64,000 nt of DNA, taken from assembly GCA_004764695.1 (NCBI GenBank), contig SMSO01000037.1, positions 658,747 to 722,746 of the forward strand, written 5' to 3'. Numbering within the stretch: the stretch's first letter is position 1; each line of letters begins with the position of its first letter. This document shows positions 11,470 through 20,405 of the stretch, in pieces. Both the position numbers and the translations under genes were made by a program. The notes below the pieces were generated by a model. It was not told the origin of the DNA and did no database searches. It saw only the letters and a list, made by a program, of their open reading frames with translations. Origin of the DNA: Schizochytrium sp. TIO01 (lineage: Eukaryota > Protista > Bigyra: Labyrinthulomycetes).

Positions 11470-11581
11470 ATGTGACCATTATTCTTGATTTTTGTTTTGT
11501 TTTGTTTTGTTTTGTTCTTTAATTAAGTGAGAGAAAGGGTCACATTTTGTTTCTTTGTACTGATCTCATCGAGCTCACTCC

Positions 11582-11860
11582 TCATAAATCTTCTCAATTA
11601 TATCGCAAATTTGGAGAGCGACTGACTGTTCGCGATTCAACTTTCAGCGAGCCATCTGTCGTGTAGCTAGAGACGCCTAGGCCTGCCTACTCTGAGAGTT
11701 TCTATTCACCCTTACCGGTCAGGGTATCAGATCAAATTTGTCATAAATTCCCCAATGATATCGCAAATTTGGAGAACGACTGACTGTTCGGGATTTCCAC
11801 TCTTAGCGAGCCCTCTGTCGTGTACCTAAAGACGCCTAGGCCTGCCTACTCTGAGAGTTT
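11582..11860. repeat. Tandem duplication of an ~120-bp unit (11582-11701 and 11741-11860)
   Basis: Both copies contain TATCGCAAATTTGGAGA..GACTGACTGTTCG..AGCGAGCC.TCTGTCGTGTA..AGACGCCTAGGCCTGCCTACTCTGAGAGTTT. Confidence 0.9.
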
Positions 11861-13143
11861 GTTTCTATATACTCTTGCGTAACTCATTAAGTTTGTCTGG
11901 ACTTGGGTAAAACAACAAAAGCTCATACAATCAATCACCAATTGCTCTACAGCAGGTACTACGCTCGGTAGTAGACATAGCTAGCTACCTCCAGCTAGAA
12001 AACTCATCATCGCGTAACGGGTGATTGCTTTTGCTTTGCCCAACTTGGAGAAAGATTCTAACTTATTAACTTCGACCAAAGAGAGTCGAGTGTCTTTGCG
12101 TCTGTTCAGTATCAGTTAAAACGAAAACACTGTTACAGCACCCTATAGGTCGCGGGGACTACTAACTGCTTCTTTCTTGTAGGCGACGTTGCAATTTTGT
12201 CTCTACTGCATATGCGATTCTACATCCTCTAGAGGTACACCTCTAGAGGTAGCTCGTTAGCTCTAGCTAGCTCCTATTTCTTCCCTGTAAATTCGCCCAC
12301 ATGCATCCCTGGCGGTTTCCTCGATGTGCATTTCATCTAGAACTTTTTTGCGTATCGGTCAGTTGCATGGTTATTGTGCCACTGCTTGTCAGTCACGAGA
12401 TTGGTTTTATCTTACGCGAGCCAAGCCAAGGACGACCTGCAACTAGGTTGCTTTAATCACCTCTTCGAGCCAGCGAACATGAGACGAGATCGATTTTCCA
12501 AAGTTCAATTTAGTTGAAGAAAAAAAAGAAAAGAAAAAAGAAATAAGTTAATGACAAGACATAATAATCAAAATAAACATCGAGCTGGATACCCGTATGC
12601 ATCCGTAGCAGCTTCTACTCATAAGTTCTTTGGCGCGGTTGCCGATTACATATCACAATTGAAATTTATCTCCCATCCAACAACCACTCACTTCTAAACT
12701 AGTGCTTATTAGGCAGTTTTACTCAACAAATAAGCCCACATCTCATTGATTCATTGATTCATTCGCTTATTTATCTGCAATAACCACGTACTACGCAAAT
12801 GCATCACAAATTCGCCAATCATTCATTCATTGATTCATTCATTCATTCATTCATTCGTTACTTTATTTGCAGTACCTTTATAACCAAATAACTGCACAAA
12901 TGCATCAGCGAATACGTCAATCTACACATGGAGGCGCGGTCTTCACCTCGTACTCTACCAGGTCGTAGATTTCTGTTTGCGCCGCCAACGCACGAGCGAA
13001 AGCATCAAAGGCGATCTGCTTAATTAATTATTAATTCATCCATCCATTTATCCTTTCAATTATCCTTTCGCTCCTCCATATGCACGGCAGTGCAGACCTT
13101 TAGATATTACCCTTCTCTATCTCCTCCTCCATTTTCGTGCTTC

Positions 13144-13144
<1 letters not shown>

Positions 13145-13186
<42 letters not shown>
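13145..13186. repeat. (CTG)14 microsatellite
   Basis: Directly visible. Confidence 0.95.
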
Positions 13187-13187
<1 letters not shown>

Positions 13188-13390
13188 GTCGCAGAATGAA
13201 TGAATGCACCAGCCGTCCCATCTTCTTAGAGGGTGCTACGGCTCCTATCGAAACACGGAGCTGATGGGAGGGCGGCCATCGATCTTTTGTGTCTGTGGAG
13301 CTTGCTTGCTCTGTGGCGCGGCCTCGAGGCTCGACTCAATGCCGGCCAGAGCGAAGAAATGCCGGCCAGCACGAGGAATTTGAGACGGCA

Positions 13391-13442
<52 letters not shown>
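13391..13442. repeat. (CTTT)n microsatellite
   Basis: Directly visible. Confidence 0.9.
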
Positions 13443-13444
<2 letters not shown>

Positions 13445-14854
13445 CTTTTGTTGTTGTTTCTTTCTTTTGTTGTTGTTGTTTCTTTCTTTTTCCCTTTCTT
13501 TTCCTTTGTTTTGGTCTTTCTTGAGACGATCGATTACCGTTTGTAAAGGAGGTGGGGTTCTCTGGCTCGCCTGGAAATGCGGTTCGATGCAGCGACCACG
13601 GTCCGTCGCGAGCGGCGCGTCCGTGGGCAATCAAAGTCGCGGCCAAGTGCGCCACCATCCGTTGCAACGCATGGAATCGCATGATATTGCATGTTTCCTT
13701 TCTAAACTCGAAGTTATTATCTATCATTATTATTGTCATTAATTAAAATTAAAATTGGAAAACGATTTTAACAAAATAACAAAATAACAAGATGGAAAAC
13801 TTCTTGACAGCAGGTACGTAGCAATACTGCGCTGGTTCATGAGCTGCTCTAAGTGGTCAGAGCGAGAGGCGGCCATTACTCGTAGTAGGTTCAAAAGCAG
13901 GGAACAGTTCGCAGCAGTGGTCGTCGCAGCAGCAGAGTGAGAGTACTCGAGCCTGTTTTGCGATTTCCTTCCTCGCGCGTCAAGACCCTCTTTCCTTTTA
14001 AAGTTAAAAAGGACGGGAATGAATGAAAGAACCTCATCGAAATCGAATCGAAATCGAAATCGAAATCGAAATCAAAGAAGAAGAAGAAGACGCAATTGAT
14101 ATTTGATCGATAAATTTTCATTTAAAATATAATTGAATAAAAATATACCAAGTGCCATCTCCTCGCTCCTTCACTGCCCGTCCATCCATGCACTCACTGG
14201 CTGGTCCCTCCGTTGGCTTCGCAGCCCTCTCTCCACGACCTCGCGCCCTGAGACTGCGCAGCAGAGCAGAGTTTGCAAACTTATCATCATCATCAGGCAG
14301 GTCTGTCAGAACCAACCTCAACAGAAAGGAAAGTATTCCTTCTGCCCAAGTGCAATTGATCCTTTGTGCGGAGGAGTTTTATTTTCTTCCAAAGCAGTAA
14401 GTGCAGTCTACCCAGATAGTGAGGGGAAAAACCTCCGCCTGCTAGGCCTGTATAGCGCCTTTCCTAGGCCACCGCATGTGAACATGCGGAGATCTGTTTA
14501 TTTTCTGCGACAGTGTGGCCCTCAGAAAGAAGGCTGTTCGCTTTGGCCTTTTCTTTGTTGTTTCAGGCAAGTTGATTGATTGACAGGCTGACGGATCGAC
14601 TGACTGACTGACTGACTGACTGGTTAACCAAGAGAGCACCAGCGAAAGACAGAAATCTGCCCTATCGCTCGGGATTCCCTGTCCAGCACACCTGGTCAAC
14701 AAGGAGGGTTTATATAGTTTCACAATTAAGAATTATTTTCGGTCGGGTTTTATCTTCGGCTCCTTCCGCTACCTACCTATGCGGGGCATAGCTGACTCCT
14801 AAGCGCCTAGAGATCTACTTTAGTCAATTCGTGCTGTATTTTTGTAGAACACAC

Positions 14855-14856
<2 letters not shown>

Positions 14857-14888
<32 letters not shown>
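14857..14888. repeat. Poly-T tract (32 nt)
   Basis: Directly visible. Confidence 0.9.
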
Positions 14889-14890
<2 letters not shown>

Positions 14891-16422
14891 TATTTAAATT
14901 ATTATAATTAAATAATAATCAAAGGGACAAAAATATCTCTCTTTTGATTAACAATGCTAAATAAATAGAATCAAAGATAGAAAAGGAAAGAACAAAGCTT
15001 CAGATTGCAAGCTGGTGCCTACCTACCTACCTACCTACGTACCTACCTACCTATATAGCCAGCTATCCTGGAGAAAGGAAGGGTTTTCTCGTTTCTCTCT
15101 CGTGTATTTTGCTTCTGTTTCTTTGATTGTTCGTCTGTTTTGAGGTAAGGGGTTGAAATGAATTGGAACGCTGCCTAGCGCGCAAGCTAGAACGTCTTAG
15201 CGGAAGGACTGCTAGAAGGTAGATAGATACACCTAAATATCACATAAAGTAGGTAGCTCATAACAATACCTACTAGTAGACGGTAGCTGGGCGACATTCT
15301 TGGTTTCCGCTGTGTTAAGGAAAGTATGAGTGATGCGACGATGCTGTGATGAGGAGCATCAGGACGTGTCGGGGTATATCCTGTCCTCAAGTACTAGCAC
15401 TACCAGCGGCGGGCGAGGAGGCTTTTCAAGCAACCATTAGACATTGTAACGCTTCGACAATTGCGAGAAACCTGTTTTTCTTCTCGTCTCCTTCTCTTCC
15501 ATTTTCTAGAGCTAAAAAGCAACAAAAAAACGAGTTGGAATTCCAAACATTGAAATGAAAACCGAAACTAGGCTCAAGAAAAAACCATCGTATACCCAGG
15601 CAGACATATAACAGTAGGTAGGTAGTAGGTAGATAGTAGGTAGGTAGTGTCAGGCGCCTTAGTGTCTGCAAGGAATTAAAGATCACAGACGGATAGCTAA
15701 GCTACTTAGCCTACTAGTGGTAGAAGGTACCTCCTATCGGTTTTCCCTTTATCCATCCTTTTGAACAGCACTCGCTCATTATTGGGGTGGCGAGCAAAGA
15801 AAGCTTCGAGGGAGGTAGTGATTTCTCAAAGTTCAAGCAAAATTCCTTGAGCTTCTCCTTTCGGGTTCCGGGTTTCTTCTCTTCTTTCTCAATGAGGCTC
15901 GGTCTGAGAGGAAAGAGAGGAAGAGGGCACTCGGAGAGGTAGAAGCTGAAGGCTGCCAGCGTCTGTCGATTTGTCGCCCTCCACGCCGCCTTGGGAGGGC
16001 AGAAAACCGCACGCTTTGATTCCACGGAGCGGTTCTACCGCACATTGGTGGAAGGGGATGCCCTCCTCCCCACACTGCGGTGATAAACTGTGGGAACCTC
16101 TCTGAGCGGCGCACGGCTCCACTGCTCCACACAGCCAATCGAACGCACGGAGGGAGACTCTTCTTCTCCTCCTCCCCTCGCCTCCTTCCTGCGCCTCTCT
16201 GCAGCCGCCCTCGGTGGCTGGCTGGTCACCGTCCATCAGCCGGCAGTCAGGCGCTCAAGAGGGGCGGTCAGCGGCATGGATGGGCCTGTGTACCACTCCA
16301 GCTCTCAGTTTGACTGGCTCATTGACCTATCTATAACAGTAAAAAAACAAAAACAAAAACAAAAAAACAGGTTGCTTGGGCTAATGGACTAACTAATAAA
16401 GAGATTCTGCGCTTTATTTTAG

Positions 16423-16458
<36 letters not shown>

Positions 16459-17547
16459 CATTTAATTTATTTATTTTTAAATCTTTCGCTTCACTCGTAC
16501 ACATATTATGTATATAACATAACATATATTTATTCGTATACTGGAGAAAAAGGAGGAGAAGCATGGACAATTCGAGGGTTTCATACGATGATTCGTTGTT
16601 TGCGGCGAATGCGCTTTTGCCTGCGCATGGAGGTCCGCAGGTACGTACTCCATCTGCTAACCGTGCGAGGGGGAAACAGAAACACAAACCGCCGGTACTT
16701 GTATGTCCCGACGCAGTGACTTGAGTACGGGACTGGTTTGGAGGAGGGAGCAGCGAATAGCCGTCTGCCTAGCACCATTTACGCCTCCAGAGGGCAAGCA
16801 AGAAAGACAATCCGTTCGTTCGTTCGTTCGTCCGTTCACCCAAATGGCCAAAGAAAAATGTATGTCATCAGAGCGCGTACATCACATGCATGCATATGTA
16901 TCGTTAACTCTGCTTTAGTTTATGATAATAAATCAAACAGATAAAGCAGCGCTGCAAAGGTAAAAACGTTGATCAACTCCAAAGTCGCGAGGGGGGCTGT
17001 TCTTAGATATTCGGTAGATACGCATGGATGAATTTCGAGGAATAGCCTGAAATAAAAACCACCATCGATCAGGAAATTAAACAAGAGAATGCAAATGCGC
17101 CAGAAAAAGGAAATTCGAGCAGGCTTCGAAACTGCCCTGCAAGGCAAGGCCTACTGCCCTCGATCTCTCTCCTCAGCAGCGTAGCTTATCGAGCTTCTTC
17201 TTACGCGAATGCAGCGCGCTAAAGACAAAGTTCGTCGTGTGGCAACAGTAATACTGATGTGCCCTATCGGTTGTAAAAGCGAGACGAGGCGAATCCGCTG
17301 CTTACGCTTGTTAATATGAAGAAGGCCCTCGCAGGGAAAATAGTTTTTTCTGCTCTTTTTTTACTTTCTTTTTTTCCTTGTAGTTACAGCCGCTGTTGTT
17401 TTGCGAGCGCCAAAAGGTCTCTTACTTGCCTAGAAGCGCGCAGTGAGGTCGAGAAGCTGTTACTAGTTGGCGCGTCCCTGTGGTGGTTTTGCGGGATCGT
17501 GCGCCCGCGCCGGCAAAAAAGGGGCTATCGAAGCACCTTTCTATATG

Positions 17548-17579
<32 letters not shown>

Positions 17580-17591
17580 TTATTCATTCAT

Positions 17592-17631
<40 letters not shown>

Positions 17632-18300
17632 ATAAGTGAAGTAATTTTAACAATTTGAAAGAAATACCTAATTGTACTGTTTAAAATTTAAAAAAATAAA
17701 AAATGTTATGTGTAAACGAGGCATTTATAATAAATGATAGATAATAGATAAATAATGATGGAAACGAGTGCTCGAAGTAACGAAAGGCCGGGAGAATCAA
17801 GGATCAGATGATATATATATATCTATACACCTGACAATGGTCGAAGAGCTGTAGTTTCTGCGAGTTCAATGAAAGTATGCGAGTTACAAAGTTATGCCAA
17901 GAAAGACCTGAGTTCTTCTCGCGAAGCAGGCACCTCGAAAGGCATGTTTGATGGACCTCAAAGCAGCAGCAGAGAATGAGAGAGAGAGAGAGAGAGAGAG
18001 CAGTTGTCTATATCTGCCTTCGGTAGAGAAGAGAAGAGGCACGGCCGCCGCGCTTAGCACTCCCTGCGATGGCTAGGCTCGAGGCCAAGCTGAAGCGGGA
18101 GTTCTTGTAATCGATGCTCTATTCACATCAAATCGCCGGTTGAGCGATCGTTCCGAGAGAGACTGAGCCTTCTTTTCATCAAGTTACTTCCTAACCAAGG
18201 TGTTCTTACCTACAGCACTGTTACTGTTACCTCTGTATTTTCCCCTATTATCACTCTGTTTTCATTTCATTTTCCAAATTTTAAATAATTCATTTAACCT

Positions 18301-18427
18301 TGAATCAAACCAACTTATCTCCTAGATTTTAAACTACAAAATTTGCAAAACTTGCATTTCATAGAAGGAGCTAAGACTCCATCACGAGCTAGTTAGACTA
18401 ACCCGCGACTCAATGAAATGATTTTTT
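18301..18427 (-). ncRNA. Predicted Fanzor2 omegaRNA (scaffold to 18321, guide about 18320-18301)
   Basis: 12-bp stem with three G-U pairs (18408-18382), GGAG/CUCC hairpin around CUUAG (18380-18367), UGCAA/UUGCA hairpin, and CUUAG pairing with the terminal CUAGG. These blocks recur in the second copy at 44397-44495. The 5' end is unknown. Confidence 0.75.
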
Positions 18428-20281
18428 TTAAATCATGTCCTTGGATAGGTAGCGTAAAAGGATGCCTCTGGCGGCATGGACATCACGGTCTGCTACATGG
18501 TTGCACTTGGGATTAGGGCATTGGAAAATCTTGGATGCCCCGAGGTTATGGTGGAGGGTACCACACTCATTGCATGTTTTGGAAGTGTAACTTTCTTGGC
18601 AAAGAACAAGCTTGCACCACGGGAACATCTCAGCCTTATGAATGAGAGCCTGGCGGAACCCAAAATGGGACCAACGACACATCATTCGAACAGACTTCTT
18701 GGAGATCCGTCGCTCCATCCTCCTGCTCATCTTAGAGGTTTCGAATTTGGGCAAGAGAACAACACGATAGTTTTCACAAAGCCAAAGCGCGAGCTTGCGG
18801 TGAATCTCAGTGATCTTGTTCTTGATCTTGAGTTGGGCGCGATAGAAGGCGCGCTTCAAGGGGGTGTTGAAATTGTCTTTATCACTGGATGCAGTTTTCT
18901 TTTTATCAATGCTGCTTTGGATCTTATCAACGCGGCGACAGAGATAGAATATGGTTCTAAAATCTTTCCCTGTGCCCCATTCAATGGCGCGGCCATCGGC
19001 GTCATACATCGTCTGAAACGAGCGAACACCCGGGTCTAGAGCAATGACACCATGGTGCGCCTTGGGTGCCTGGTCCATTGGACGCTTTTTTTCTTCTCGT
19101 AAGAAGCAGAAGTAGACATGCCCAAGGCGATTCATTTGCACACGCATGGCGTTCGAAATCTGGTCGGGGAACTTTTCTTTACGTGTTCGGAATTTTTTAA
19201 GAAAGTCGGAGGTCTTTGATTTCTTCAAATTCCAGGTACGTGCATTCACTTCGAAAATCTGTGATTCATCACGCTTGGTCCGAAACTTATAAAAAGATTG
19301 CTCATGAACTTTCTTTTGTACAGCGAGTTCTTCGTTTTTGGCTCGTCCCAAGTTAATAGCCTTGAAGAAATCCAGAATCCCGGAATCACGGATAGCCTGT
19401 GGGACCTCGAGAACCCATTCAGGAGCACCATTCCTTTCTTTAGATCGAACGGCTTTCTTTTCTCCATAGAGGGTACCATACGTTTGGGGATTCCCATCTT
19501 CATCTACTAAAACCTGCTTCGTCTTGGAATCCTTTTTGATGCACGCTTCTTGATGCAATTTGATGGCTTCTTTCTCGCCCTTCGCCACATCTCGATGAAA
19601 CGCAACGCCAGTATTGTAGGCTCTTCTAGTGACACCAAACCATTTAAGCAACTGTGTACGCTGATCTTTAGTAGGGTATACCCTGACCTTTCTGGCACGG
19701 ACAAGGTCATATTCTTTCTTGGAGGTCTTGCGCGCCTTCATGCGGGCTCGCTTCTTCCTCGCTGCGTCGTCGCCGTCTATTTTGCGCTGCTCGTTTTCCG
19801 TGATGCGATGCCACAAAGACGGTGATAATTCCGAGAAGGTCTTTGGTGAAGGTGTCTGAGTCTCCGGTATGTGCATCTTGGCCGTGTACCACGAGTTTGA
19901 CATTTTTTCTTTCGAAAAGGTGTTCCAGGAGGTCGACTGCGATTCGCGCAAGTCGGTCGCGGTGCATGACCACAACTTGGCCGATTCCGCCGCGGTCACA
20001 GGCGTCCAGTAGGGAGCACAGGCCTTGGCGTTTGAAATTGACCCCACTACCGATGTCTTTGTAGACGGCGGAAGCATCTGGGTAGGCGCGCTGGAGATCG
20101 CCAACCTGGCGTTCGAGGTCCTCCTTTTGCTTGGCCGAGGACACTCTGGCGTAGATAACGGTACATCCAGAGCTGCGTTGCTCGCGGCCGATGGAACCGC
20201 AATCAAAGATGCGCTCAACATCGTCACTGGCATAGACGCGCTTGCCTCCGGGGAAGCGCGCGAAGCGCACGCGTCCGCCAT
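18428..20281 (-). CDS. tnpB: Fanzor2 (eukaryotic IS607 TnpB-type RNA-guided endonuclease)
   Basis: Motifs: RKVRVYPTKDQR..WFGVTRRAYN, RuvC-I ALDPGVRSF, rearranged RuvC-II VLLPKFE, zinc finger TSKTCNECG..CPNPKC, RuvC-III DRDVHAARGI, and basic NLS-like RKKRARMKARK. The first in-frame ATG is at 20281 (617 aa); the ORF-track start at 20365 is a GTG. The real start is uncertain. Confidence 0.93.
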   Translation of the reverse strand: MADACASRASPEASASMPVTMLSASLIAVPSAASNAALDVPLSTPECPRPSKRRTSNARLAISSAPTQMLPPSTKTSVVGSISNAKACAPYWTPVTAAESAKLWSCTATDLRESQSTSWNTFSKEKMSNSWYTAKMHIPETQTPSPKTFSELSPSLWHRITENEQRKIDGDDAARKKRARMKARKTSKKEYDLVRARKVRVYPTKDQRTQLLKWFGVTRRAYNTGVAFHRDVAKGEKEAIKLHQEACIKKDSKTKQVLVDEDGNPQTYGTLYGEKKAVRSKERNGAPEWVLEVPQAIRDSGILDFFKAINLGRAKNEELAVQKKVHEQSFYKFRTKRDESQIFEVNARTWNLKKSKTSDFLKKFRTRKEKFPDQISNAMRVQMNRLGHVYFCFLREEKKRPMDQAPKAHHGVIALDPGVRSFQTMYDADGRAIEWGTGKDFRTIFYLCRRVDKIQSSIDKKKTASSDKDNFNTPLKRAFYRAQLKIKNKITEIHRKLALWLCENYRVVLLPKFETSKMSRRMERRISKKSVRMMCRWSHFGFRQALIHKAEMFPWCKLVLCQESYTSKTCNECGTLHHNLGASKIFQCPNPKCNHVADRDVHAARGILLRYLSKDMI

Positions 20282-20405
20282 CGGCCCAGCCCCGAAGGGC
20301 GCTTGCTGAGACCCCAAACTTCCGGTGAAAGAACTTTGCTGGTTTGTATTCGAGCTTTGCTCCACTTGCAGTGTTTGGAGCTTGGCGGTTCCTTGGCCTC
20401 CCCAT
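19707..20405 (-). CDS. tnpA: IS607-family serine recombinase/transposase
   Basis: 232 aa. N-terminal MerR-like wHTH (FGVSASALRGWADGGRV..PGGKRVY), catalytic VIYARVSSAKQKEDLERQ, DIGSGVNFKRQGL, DRLAR, and C-terminal DLLGIITVFVASHHGKR. Confidence 0.95.
   Translation of the reverse strand: MGRPRNRQAPNTASGAKLEYKPAKFFHRKFGVSASALRGWADGGRVRFARFPGGKRVYASDDVERIFDCGSIGREQRSSGCTVIYARVSSAKQKEDLERQVGDLQRAYPDASAVYKDIGSGVNFKRQGLCSLLDACDRGGIGQVVVMHRDRLARIAVDLLEHLFERKNVKLVVHGQDAHTGDSDTFTKDLLGIITVFVASHHGKRAAQNRRRRRSEEEASPHEGAQDLQERI

Noticed and set aside
12745-12923. Imperfect tandem duplication around (ATTC)n
   Set aside because: It is short, diverged and microsatellite-associated, with no sign of function.
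13226-13746. Several 130-170 aa ORFs on both strands
   Set aside because: They are kept open by (CTTT)n and (GTT)n microsatellites and contain no recognisable domain.
18476-19039. 187-aa plus-strand ORF inside the element
   Set aside because: It is antisense to the Fanzor RuvC region and has no independent motif.
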